The notes below the pieces were generated by a model. That model searched no databases, was not told where the DNA came from, and worked only from the letters and a program-made list of their open reading frames with translations. Of a stretch of 64,000 bases of DNA, positions 1 to 9,012 are shown piece after piece (the stretch's first letter is position 1; each line of letters opens with the position of its first letter). The translations under genes were made by a program, and so were the position numbers. The stretch is taken from positions 2,976,001 through 3,040,000 of the forward strand of contig CBDCTZ010000016.1 in assembly GCA_965222375.1 (NCBI GenBank). Direction: 5' to 3'. Source of the DNA: Polyangiaceae bacterium. GTDB lineage: Bacteria; Myxococcota_A; Polyangia; Polyangiales; Polyangiaceae.

Positions 1-549
1 GTTGTCTCCCGCCCAGGCACAGCCGCCACCGCGGTTGAGTTCGTCGTGGGCGCTGGCTAGGGCGGCTGGCTCCGCGGGGACGATCCGGAACGGCGCGTGC
101 GCAATGCCCGCGTCAGTCCACAGGGCGTCGATGCGCGTCTTGTCCTCCAGCTGCTGCCACTCTTGGGGACGTGCGCCATACTTTTCGCGACCCGCAACTG
201 GACGGCCATCATCGAAAATGGTTCCGAGCACCCGCACCTCGCGCGCTGGGTCGAAGGCATCGACTCCTTCGACTGCCTCCTTGGGCAGGTCGGCCAATGC
301 GTCCAAGGAGCGGCGGATCCCCGCCATCATGTCGGGGGCCGTGACCGGCACGACAATCGGATTCGGCGCGAAATCAGGATTGGGTCCCGGGCCGGCCCCG
401 GCCGACGTCGCGATGCACAGGCAACGCTCTGCCCCCAACGCTTCGAGCGCTTCCACGTAAGCTACGGAGCCCGCCAAAACATCCGTGGCAACGATCCAGC
501 GGCGACCGCCAAAAACGCTCTTCAGCAACTCCTGACAATGCTCAGTCAT
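1..549 (-). CDS. Hypothetical protein, 5' part only (runs off window start); possibly ATP-grasp-like
   Basis: Manually translated open frame from ATG 549 (MTEHCQELLKSVFGGRRWIV...LEDKTRIDALWTDAGIAHAPFRIV...AWAGDN), with no stop before position 1. Absent from the ORF track because it is incomplete. Confidence 0.6.
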   Translation of the reverse strand, partial: MTEHCQELLKSVFGGRRWIVATDVLAGSVAYVEALEALGAERCLCIATSAGAGPGPNPDFAPNPIVVPVTAPDMMAGIRRSLDALADLPKEAVEGVDAFDPAREVRVLGTIFDDGRPVAGREKYGARPQEWQQLEDKTRIDALWTDAGIAHAPFRIVPAEPAALASAHDELNRGGGCAWAGDN

Positions 550-593
550 CGACCTCGGTGGTCTAGCAGTCTTCGGCGCCGCGGTTAAGCGTA

Positions 594-1712
594 CTATGAA
601 GCCGAACGGTTCAGAGCATCTGCCAGCAAGCGGTGGAAGTGATGCACCCCGGTCTCATGGCTTGGCGAATAACGACCGCGGTCGTAGAGGCGGGAGCGGA
701 CGCCTCGGGCGACCTGAGTGACGACGGCTTCGTCTTCGAGTTCCACGGTATGCAGATCTGCCGCGGCGCCGCGACGTTCTTCGGCCGGATCTGCCACGTA
801 GGAGAGGAAACGAACTCGCGTGCGGCTCGGGCCGAGGGGCTGAACGATGTTGAGGCTCAACCCGAAAGGATAGAAGTTGAGCATCGTGCAGGGGAACAAG
901 AAATAGTAGTAGCCAGCGACGCGGCGCTGAGCGTCGACGTGGCCGGGTGGCAGCGTGAAACAGTCCTCTCCCTCCGCCGCGATGCCGACCTGCAGTACCC
1001 CCTCGGCTAGCAGCTCCGTCGAATAGTCCGAGTAGGACAGTGCTTTGGCGAGGCTTGGGTGCACGTAGGGCACATGTAGCCCCTCCAGATAGTTGTCGCA
1101 GTACAGCGCCCAGTTCGCGTCGAAGGTGTAGTCTCGGCTGGTGTTCGGGTCGAAGCTCAACGCAGAAAGATCCAGCCAGCCCAGGCGCTCATTCACCGGA
1201 CCGATGAGCGTGTCGAAGCTCATTGCTGGATTGAGGGATGTGAACAGTAGAGGGCCCCACGCCTCCAACGGAGTTCGAGGGAGGCGGTCTGCAGGCCCGG
1301 GAAAGTCTACGGCGTTCGCGAATTCCGGCATGTGCTGCATCGTGCCGTCGAGACCAAAGCGGCGTCCGTGGTAGCCGCATCGCAGCCCGCGCTGCTTGCA
1401 GGGGCGATCTAGGATGAGGTTGCCGCGGTGGGTGCAGACGTTCGAAAGAGCGCGGAGAGTTCCGCTGTCGTCCCGGGACAGAATCAAGGGCTCCTCGAGG
1501 GAGCCTGGAAGTAGCTCGTAGGGGAGGGCCTCGCCGGGTGCGCTGGGGATCCTGGCTGCATCCACGACGTGCCAGCTGCGCGCCAAGACGTCTCCAACAA
1601 CACGGGTGTACCAGGTGAGATCCGTGTACACAGCGGAGGGCAGGGTGAGTGCCTTTCGGATATCGGGGGCGATTTCAATTCGGGGCTGGGTCAAGCGAAA
1701 CCTCTGGCCCAT
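594..1712 (-). CDS. Rieske non-heme iron oxygenase alpha subunit (choline monooxygenase / ring-hydroxylating family)
   Basis: Rieske motif CTHRG...CGYHG; mononuclear iron motif NYLEGLHVPYVH...EDEAV. Confidence 0.9.
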   Translation of the reverse strand: MGQRFRLTQPRIEIAPDIRKALTLPSAVYTDLTWYTRVVGDVLARSWHVVDAARIPSAPGEALPYELLPGSLEEPLILSRDDSGTLRALSNVCTHRGNLILDRPCKQRGLRCGYHGRRFGLDGTMQHMPEFANAVDFPGPADRLPRTPLEAWGPLLFTSLNPAMSFDTLIGPVNERLGWLDLSALSFDPNTSRDYTFDANWALYCDNYLEGLHVPYVHPSLAKALSYSDYSTELLAEGVLQVGIAAEGEDCFTLPPGHVDAQRRVAGYYYFLFPCTMLNFYPFGLSLNIVQPLGPSRTRVRFLSYVADPAEERRGAAADLHTVELEDEAVVTQVARGVRSRLYDRGRYSPSHETGVHHFHRLLADALNRSAS

Positions 1713-1783
1713 TCTACGCCAGCGCGCCCGGTGCGAGGGCGAGCAGCGTCGAGGGGCGGGAATCCGGCGCGGGTGTGCCTGGG

Positions 1784-2929
1784 CTAGCCGCGCATGTACC
1801 GCGTCATGGGGTTTTCGCGTCGCCAGATTACGTGATCCATGAAGTAGTGATGAATGTTCACGAAGGTGACGATGACGGCGGCAAACGGGGTCAGCCCCAG
1901 GGCTAACTCCGCGTTGGGGTCAACCGTGCCCTGGAGCACCCAGACCTCGTCCAGGAACTCTGGGCCACCACGCAGCACGATGTAGCCGAGGGCAAGCGAC
2001 GACAGCGCTAGTATCCCCAGGCGTACCGCGACGGGTCGGCCGAACTTCGGTGGACCTTGCGCTTCCCGCGCTTCGTTTCGCTTCAACAGCCACACAAAGT
2101 ACAGGTACTGAATCGAATGAAGCCCCGGGATGACGTAGGCCATCAGCGGATCCAGATTCGAGTACACGGTCCATAGCCAAATCGTAATCAGCAGCCCGCT
2201 GAAGGGGGCAAGGGGCGGCAACCGCTTCTCTCGCATCCACTTGAGGGCGAACACGACCAACACTGCAGCCCCGCTGACGAAGAACAGGCTGCCAGCGGCG
2301 ATTTCCAGTCCCGGCGGGTGGCCCAAGGAGCGGTACACGACACCGCTTTCTTCGAACAGGGCTCCAAAGTCTCGAGGGCTTGCCCAGCCGTACGCCCAAC
2401 CGCTGAAACAGTGTGTGAGGACGACTTTGCGCTCGACAGACGTGAAGCGTACGCCTCGACGCGCCGACAAGACCGTGAGCACACCGAAACCTTGTTTCAC
2501 GTAGTGCCAGCCGACGAGCACGTACATCAGCTGAACCATCAGGCCGATGCCTTGAGGCGAGCGTGAGGAAAGAGCGATGACGCCCCAGCCCGCCAGCACC
2601 GCAGGTACTACAAGCCCGGCGATCCAGTAGCGCACCTTCTGGAACGGCGTGAAGACGTCGCCAAACGCACGCTTCTTCGCGTCTTTGTAGAAGAGCAGAT
2701 ATGTTACGGTGAAGTGCGGATCGTTGATCACGTGCGCCAGGTAGAAAGCGACCATGGCCACCATCAACTCCGAGTCCTGCAAGCCGACGGTCTTGCGATA
2801 CAGCCAGGCCAGGGGAAACAGCACGATGGTCGCGCCCCCCACCAGCAGGAACTCCACGATGCGCTTGCCCCAATCGCCGGAACGCTGAGGTGCGGTGGAG
2901 CTGACCAGAGGCGCGGCGGCGGCGGTCAT
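1784..2929 (-). CDS. Polytopic membrane protein with spaced His motifs (putative membrane metalloenzyme)
   Basis: Many hydrophobic helices; motifs DPHF, WHYVKQ, LHSIQY, IHHYFMD. Confidence 0.7.
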   Translation of the reverse strand: MTAAAAPLVSSTAPQRSGDWGKRIVEFLLVGGATIVLFPLAWLYRKTVGLQDSELMVAMVAFYLAHVINDPHFTVTYLLFYKDAKKRAFGDVFTPFQKVRYWIAGLVVPAVLAGWGVIALSSRSPQGIGLMVQLMYVLVGWHYVKQGFGVLTVLSARRGVRFTSVERKVVLTHCFSGWAYGWASPRDFGALFEESGVVYRSLGHPPGLEIAAGSLFFVSGAAVLVVFALKWMREKRLPPLAPFSGLLITIWLWTVYSNLDPLMAYVIPGLHSIQYLYFVWLLKRNEAREAQGPPKFGRPVAVRLGILALSSLALGYIVLRGGPEFLDEVWVLQGTVDPNAELALGLTPFAAVIVTFVNIHHYFMDHVIWRRENPMTRYMRG

Positions 2930-3185
2930 GCTCTGAAGCTAGCATTTCTTGTGCGCCTACAAGGCGCGGGCGCGCCCTCACCTCGGCTCGGCGGCTCTGT
3001 TGCACGGCTCCGGATTGATTTATGCCATGTTTGCTGTTTCGGCGCGGCCGCCTGGGGGCCGCTGCCGCGCCAATTCGAGGCCTCGAAATGCGCTCTCACC
3101 CGTGGTTGGCCTGAGGGTTGTCATTGTGCATCGACCGCCCCACGCTTCCGGTGGCTCGTGACGGGCAAGCTACAGGAGGCGAAGA

Positions 3186-3467
3186 ATGCGCGCGGTATTC
3201 AACGGCGAGACCATTGCAGATAGCGGCGAGACGGTCGTGGTGGAGGGTAACCACTACTTCCCGGCTAGTTCATTGAACATGAAGTACTTCGAAGAGAGTG
3301 ATGCAACGTCCTATTGCCCCTGGAAGGGTCAAGCGAGCTACTACTCCATTCGCGTCGGTGGCAAGTTGAGCGAGGGCGCTGCCTGGTACTACCCGGAGCC
3401 GAAGGAAGCGGCTGCGGAGCTCAAGGACCACGTCGCATTCTGGCGTGGAGTTGAAGTTCTCGAGTGA
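3186..3467 (+). CDS. DUF427-type small protein
   Basis: EGNHYFP, CPWKGQASYY and AAWYYPEP motifs; GGAGG ribosome-binding site upstream. Confidence 0.85.
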   Translation: MRAVFNGETIADSGETVVVEGNHYFPASSLNMKYFEESDATSYCPWKGQASYYSIRVGGKLSEGAAWYYPEPKEAAAELKDHVAFWRGVEVLE

Positions 3468-3471
3468 GGGC

Positions 3472-6400
3472 TTAAGGCTTGCGTGCCCGCCAACGCTCCA
3501 AGCCACGTTTGACGGCCTGCACTAGGAACGGTCGCAGCTGAGCGGCAGGAATGATGTGATCGAGGGAGCCAACTGAAAGAGCCCGCTCCACGCTGTGAAT
3601 CGAGTCGAACTCTTGAGCAACAGCGGCGAGGTGCTCGGAGTGGACGATGGGAGTCAGCTCCGCGAGGCGCGAGCGGATCGTGGCCTTCTCTGCGCCACTT
3701 GCTGCCGCGAGTTGGTTCGAAAGCTCTGCAAGACGCGGGTCCTTCTGGGTGCGCCTCTTCACATCCCGCGCGAACACGACGGCTGCGGCTGGTGCCCCTC
3801 CAATGACCGAGGCGTGAGCACCCTCGAGCGCGATGACCTCCATCTGATCATTTAGGGTCTTGGAGAACACTACGAAAGCACCACCGTGGTAGCGCGACAC
3901 CACGCAAAACACGATCGGCCCGTCGAAGTTGACGATGGCACGTCCGATCTCCGCGCCGTACTCGAGCTGAAGTCGACGCATTGATTCGGGCGAACCGTCA
4001 AAACCCGACAGATTCGCCAGGGCAACCACCGGGCGATTGCCACTGGCGCTATTGAGAGCGCGAGCGGTCTTCTTCGACGACTGCGGGAACAGGGTTCCAG
4101 CAGTCCAGGTCGGGGGACCATCCGCTGGCAAGAAGCCGTAACGTGGAACGGGCTTGCTCTCCAGCCCAAGCAAGCACACCGGGTAGCCGCCCATATGAGC
4201 GTCCCAGACCACGGTCACCTCGGCGTGTCGCATGTCCGTCCACCGCTCCAGTGGCGTCGAGTCAGTATCGACCACGGCGCGCATCACCGAGCGGATATCA
4301 AAGGGCTTCTTGCGGCCGGGGTTCATTTCGGCGCTGAACACCTCGCCGATGGTCTTGAATTCGCCGCCATCGTGAGGTGAGGCAGAGACATCGCGATCCT
4401 TCGAGTCCGAACTCTGCGCTCGACGAGGAGAACCCTCACCGGGCACGACGTAGGTGTGGTCGTAGTGGGCGAGGAGAATTCTGCACGACCCTGCGATGTC
4501 TTGAGCGTAGTACTGCGCTTGGCCGTTGGGTCCCATGATGCGCTCGTAGCCACCGATGCCCTGGTTGTCCTCGGCGGAAACGCTTCCGGAATAGTCGAGG
4601 GCTTGTTTGCCTGTCAGCACCATGGCGCTTTCCGGCGCCATCACCAGAATGCCGCGGGTATGCATCAGCATCGTAGCCTCGGCGTTCCAGTACGGTTGCG
4701 CTCCCACGTTGATGCCGCAGACGACCACGTTGACCTCGCGCCCGTCCTGGGTGAAGTCGATCAGGCCCTTCAGCACCGCGGCAACCCAGTCCATGTTCTC
4801 GGTTCCGCTCTGCATCGCGATCTTTGCGCCGGCAGAGAGGGTGAACCACTCGACCGGAACGTCTAGCTCTCTAGCAAGGTCCAGTGCTGCGAGAATGCGT
4901 CGACACTCGGGCTCGGCCACGGAGCCCATTTCTTTGCTGGCATCGCCCAGAATAGCGACCCGCTTCATCCCTTCAGGCACCTTGGCTGTGAAGTTGGTGA
5001 TCACACCGACGACGACGTGAGCCGTGTTCTGACCAGGTGGGCGGTTTATCGCCACCAGCTGGTTCTTGTCGTCCAGATCGTATTCCTGAAACTCTCCCGG
5101 AGGAAACTCGGTGCCTGCTTCGACTCTGGCTGCCGTCAGGAGTTTCACGATCTCGTAGGGGTAAGTCAGGCCGCGGCTGCGCAGCCGCACTACGTTTTGC
5201 TCGTAGGCCGTCAGGGTCGGCTGCGGCTCGTCCACCGGCTCTTCAAAGCTGACGTGCAGACCGCTGCCGACAGTCGTAGTCGTACGCATGACGCGTTCGA
5301 CGAGCTTGCCAGTTTTCGGGTCCGGCACATTCATGTGCACCACCACTTGCTCTAGGCCGAGCCCCTCTGTCGCCGGCGCGAGTTTGCGCACGATGGTGTG
5401 AAGCTCGGACAGCTCTTGCCCCACGGGCGGCCAGATGTAGAGCAGGACACGATTCCATTGCAGTCGGGCCCGCGCGTCTCGCTTGGCCTGGAACGCACGG
5501 ATTACAGCTAGGGTCTCCAGCAGCATGCCTTCTAGGTGCGGCAACGCGACGATGCGCCCCTCCTCGTCTCGCACGGGCGTCAGGTCGCGGATCTCGGCGA
5601 CGGCGAAAATTCGTTCATCTTTGGGATTGTCACGAGCGATCGCGTGAAAGACGTTTACGTCCTCTGGCGACGGAAGGCGCTGGAGCTTGAAGTGTCGAAG
5701 ACGCCACAGGTGCATGCGTTTCGCCATGAGCGAATGCAGTCCGGGCCAGGTCAGGTCCTCGTAGAAGCTCCCATCGCGCTCTCGCAACGTGAGGTGACGG
5801 CATTTTTCGTCGTTCTGGAGAGTGTCGGTGGGACCAGTGAGGGTAACGGCGACTCGATCGATATCCGAGTCAGCGAGGGTTCGATCGAAGACCTTGATCA
5901 AGGCATCGGCGCTCGGCTGTTCTTCGCCGGTTGGGCACCACAAGTGGAGGTCCGCAACGCATCGCTCACCGGCGGGCACCTTCAGTGCCTTGGACGCAAG
6001 GTGTTTCGCTGCATCTTCGAGGTTGCTGGCCGTCGCAATAGTCGCGATCAGAGTCACCTGCTGCTCGTCGTGCTTGTAGCGCGCGCCTACATAGGGCCGG
6101 CCATCTGTCTCGCGGGACCACAGCCCTTCCAGGCTGCGGATCCGATACAACCGGCGTGTTAGAGCTTCGAGCATGACCAGCCGTGCTTTGGCGGAAGCGT
6201 CTTGGCTGCGTGCAATCAGCCGATGGGAAAGGGGCTGCGGACACTCAACCAAGGCGCGCATGATCTCGTCGGGAGCGGCGTCGGGGGTTCCGATGCTGTC
6301 GATCACACCGGTGACTCGGTTGTAGGTCGCGCGTCGCGCGGCCTCGAAGATCTTCTCATCGAAGCAGATGTGGCGGAGCTCTCGTGCGAGGTCGTTGACG

Positions 6401-9012
6401 TTCGGCAATGCGCCATGGGTGGCCGCGACGAGCCGATCCAGAACGCGATGCAGGCGGTCTCCCGCCAGAGATTCGAGGGTTCGCTGGTGCTCTAGGCGCC
6501 TGCTCAGGATTGCGATGATCGCCAGCGCTTGATGGGCGACGCGCTCATGAGAGCGATTGATTCGTACCAACGCCGCCTCGAGCTTCGGCGTGCGCTCGAG
6601 AGACGAAACTCCGTAGTGGCCTACGGCGCGGGATAGCTTGTCAACGAAACTGGCGGGCAGGCCAGCGCCTTCGGGGTCCATGGTTGCTAGCCAGTTGATC
6701 AGATACTCTTGGGTCGAACCGCGATCTGCGCCGTCTGGATCGTCGATGACTGGCCGACGACGGAACAGCGAATGCACGTCGACGAAGGCCTCCATGATCT
6801 GGAGCTCCGCGTCGTCCAACCTCGGGAGGTCCGCGGACAAACTCCGCCACTCCGATGCAATCTCCTGGGCGGCGCCCGCGTCGATGTCGAAACCCAGTAC
6901 GAGTGCTTGCAGTCTCAGGAAGGTCCTTTGAAAGTCATGTCGTTCGCTTTTTGCCAAATCGCTGCGGAATTCGACGGGAGTTGAACGCTTCCCGGTTTCG
7001 TCATCCTCGCTCGGCTCTAGCGTGAGCAGTTGAGCACCCGCATCGACTTGCACGTTGGTGTTGACCACGATCTCTTTTACGCGGCCACTAACGGGCGCCG
7101 TGACGCTGAGCTCCATTTTCATGGCTTCCAGCACCATTACGCGGTCCCCGGCGGCCACTGTGTCGCCGACCGCCACGGGAATGCGGAGCACGACCGCGGG
7201 CGCGGGCGCGCGTATGATACCTCCAGCGTCCCGAGATACGCGATGCGGTGTCCCGTCTACCTCAACCAGAGTGTCGGTTCCCTGGGGGATGGCCAAGGTT
7301 CGATAGGTTTGGTCTCCGACAGTGAGGCGGCGCTCGAACCGCCCCAAACGCTCGACGGTGACCGGTATCCAGGTTTCTTCGGACTTGATGCGAAGCTCCT
7401 CCGGTCCGACTTGCATCACGCGAAGCCGATACGAGACCCCGTGATAAGTGAGGTCTACGGTGCAACCCACTTCCGAATCGAGCTTGGGGCGACCCCGGGC
7501 CGCCGACGCGAAGAAGCTCGCGGTTCGAAGGCCAAACTCCTCCCAGTACGCTTCCGCGGCTGCCTGGAGCAACGCGATGTCCGCGTTGGCCGGAAGCCGG
7601 TCGTCTACCTCGGCCGTGATTCGGTCGAGCCAGGCATTGTCCACACTGGAGTCCCGCACTTCTTGGCGCGACACCAAGTCCAGTAGGAACGCCTTGTTGC
7701 TGGTGCCGCCGCCGATGACCACCGTGGTCTCGTCTAGTGCGCGACCAAGTCGGGCTAGCGCCTCTTCGCGCGTCCTGCCGTGAGCGATCAGCTTTGCGAT
7801 CATCGAATCAAACTCAGGTGCAACAGAGTCACCTTCGCTGACACCTGTGTCGACGCGCAGCCCAGGTCCGGCCGGCAGTCGAAACAATTCGATCGCACCC
7901 GGGGCGGGCGCGAAGCCGTTGTCCGGGTCCTCGGCATTGAGTCGCACTTCGATGGCGTGCCCCAAAGACGGTGGTGCCTCGCCTTCCAACAGGCCCCCCC
8001 GCGCCACGTGAAGTTGTAGCTTCACCATGTCCAGCCCGGTGGTCATTTCCGTGACCGTATGCTCGACCTGCAGTCGCGCGTTCACCTCCAAGAAGGAGAA
8101 CGTTTTCGTGTCCGGTTCGTACAGGAACTCCACGGTGCCGGCGTTGTGGTAGCCAGCCGCCGCCGCGAGGCGCTGGGCTGCCTGCCGAATGCTCTGGTCC
8201 TGCTCGGTGTCGAGCGCCGGTGACGGCGCCTCCTCCAGGACCTTCTGGTGCCGCCGCTGGATCGTGCAGTCTCGGACTCCCACGGCCCAGACCGTACCGG
8301 CCTGGTCGCCAATGACTTGGACTTCGATGTGTCGCGCTCCGCCAACCCGACGCTCCAGGAACACGCGCGGGTCGCCGAAGGCTGACGCCGCCTCTGCCTG
8401 GGCAGACTCGAAGGCCTCCTGCAACTCGGCTTCCGAGCGCACCTCTCGAATGCCGCGCCCTCCCCCGCCGGAGCTGGCCTTGACCATCAGCGGATAGTCG
8501 AGGCGTCGTGCGTGCTCGAGTGCCTCCTCGACGCTGTTCACTGCATCTCCGCTCCAAGGAGCGATGGGAACTTCGGCCCGTTCGGCCAACTGCTTCGAGC
8601 GTATCTTGTCCCCGAGCTTTCGCATGACAGCCGACGTGGGGCCGACGAATACGATTTCCTTCTTCTCGCACAGCTCGGCGAAGTCGGCGTGCTCAGCCAC
8701 GAAGCCCCATCCCACCCAAACGGCGTCCGCTTTTGCTTCGTCCAGAGCTTGCTCGAGGGCCGCATAGTCGAGGTAGCGGTTCTTACGCTTGCCGCCTTTT
8801 GGGTCCTCGAAGGTGGCGCTGCCTAGGCTCACAGCTTCGTCGGCCTCACGCACGAACATGGCGCGGGCGTCGGAATCTGTGAAAAGGGCAATCGTCCTCA
8901 TCTTGTCGCCGCCCTCGCGGTTGCTTTCGCGCACGGCGTGAATCAGGCGCATTGCGGGTTCACCGCGATTGACGATAGCTAGACGTCGGATCTGGCGCTT
9001 CATCGTATTCAT
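3472..9012 (-). CDS. Single-chain multidomain acetyl/acyl-CoA carboxylase (BC-BCCP-central-CT)
   Basis: Biotin carboxylase motifs NRGE, GGGGRG, RDCTIQRRHQK, EVNARLQVEH; biotin site EAMKM; carboxyltransferase motifs ANLSGFDGS, HGGAFVV. Start taken as ATG 9012, which overlaps the PKS stop (ATGA). Confidence 0.9.
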   Translation of the reverse strand: MNTMKRQIRRLAIVNRGEPAMRLIHAVRESNREGGDKMRTIALFTDSDARAMFVREADEAVSLGSATFEDPKGGKRKNRYLDYAALEQALDEAKADAVWVGWGFVAEHADFAELCEKKEIVFVGPTSAVMRKLGDKIRSKQLAERAEVPIAPWSGDAVNSVEEALEHARRLDYPLMVKASSGGGGRGIREVRSEAELQEAFESAQAEAASAFGDPRVFLERRVGGARHIEVQVIGDQAGTVWAVGVRDCTIQRRHQKVLEEAPSPALDTEQDQSIRQAAQRLAAAAGYHNAGTVEFLYEPDTKTFSFLEVNARLQVEHTVTEMTTGLDMVKLQLHVARGGLLEGEAPPSLGHAIEVRLNAEDPDNGFAPAPGAIELFRLPAGPGLRVDTGVSEGDSVAPEFDSMIAKLIAHGRTREEALARLGRALDETTVVIGGGTSNKAFLLDLVSRQEVRDSSVDNAWLDRITAEVDDRLPANADIALLQAAAEAYWEEFGLRTASFFASAARGRPKLDSEVGCTVDLTYHGVSYRLRVMQVGPEELRIKSEETWIPVTVERLGRFERRLTVGDQTYRTLAIPQGTDTLVEVDGTPHRVSRDAGGIIRAPAPAVVLRIPVAVGDTVAAGDRVMVLEAMKMELSVTAPVSGRVKEIVVNTNVQVDAGAQLLTLEPSEDDETGKRSTPVEFRSDLAKSERHDFQRTFLRLQALVLGFDIDAGAAQEIASEWRSLSADLPRLDDAELQIMEAFVDVHSLFRRRPVIDDPDGADRGSTQEYLINWLATMDPEGAGLPASFVDKLSRAVGHYGVSSLERTPKLEAALVRINRSHERVAHQALAIIAILSRRLEHQRTLESLAGDRLHRVLDRLVAATHGALPNVNDLARELRHICFDEKIFEAARRATYNRVTGVIDSIGTPDAAPDEIMRALVECPQPLSHRLIARSQDASAKARLVMLEALTRRLYRIRSLEGLWSRETDGRPYVGARYKHDEQQVTLIATIATASNLEDAAKHLASKALKVPAGERCVADLHLWCPTGEEQPSADALIKVFDRTLADSDIDRVAVTLTGPTDTLQNDEKCRHLTLRERDGSFYEDLTWPGLHSLMAKRMHLWRLRHFKLQRLPSPEDVNVFHAIARDNPKDERIFAVAEIRDLTPVRDEEGRIVALPHLEGMLLETLAVIRAFQAKRDARARLQWNRVLLYIWPPVGQELSELHTIVRKLAPATEGLGLEQVVVHMNVPDPKTGKLVERVMRTTTTVGSGLHVSFEEPVDEPQPTLTAYEQNVVRLRSRGLTYPYEIVKLLTAARVEAGTEFPPGEFQEYDLDDKNQLVAINRPPGQNTAHVVVGVITNFTAKVPEGMKRVAILGDASKEMGSVAEPECRRILAALDLARELDVPVEWFTLSAGAKIAMQSGTENMDWVAAVLKGLIDFTQDGREVNVVVCGINVGAQPYWNAEATMLMHTRGILVMAPESAMVLTGKQALDYSGSVSAEDNQGIGGYERIMGPNGQAQYYAQDIAGSCRILLAHYDHTYVVPGEGSPRRAQSSDSKDRDVSASPHDGGEFKTIGEVFSAEMNPGRKKPFDIRSVMRAVVDTDSTPLERWTDMRHAEVTVVWDAHMGGYPVCLLGLESKPVPRYGFLPADGPPTWTAGTLFPQSSKKTARALNSASGNRPVVALANLSGFDGSPESMRRLQLEYGAEIGRAIVNFDGPIVFCVVSRYHGGAFVVFSKTLNDQMEVIALEGAHASVIGGAPAAAVVFARDVKRRTQKDPRLAELSNQLAAASGAEKATIRSRLAELTPIVHSEHLAAVAQEFDSIHSVERALSVGSLDHIIPAAQLRPFLVQAVKRGLERWRARKP

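Noticed and set aside
2..460. Plus-strand 152-aa ORF and many similar long overlapping ORFs (e.g. 36226..37776, 59347..60504, 30706..31602)
   Set aside because: These are antisense or alternate-frame shadows of well-supported genes, as expected in high-GC DNA.
2940..2958. Sigma54-like promoter before the membrane protein gene
   Set aside because: The -24 GG dinucleotide is not at the correct spacing.
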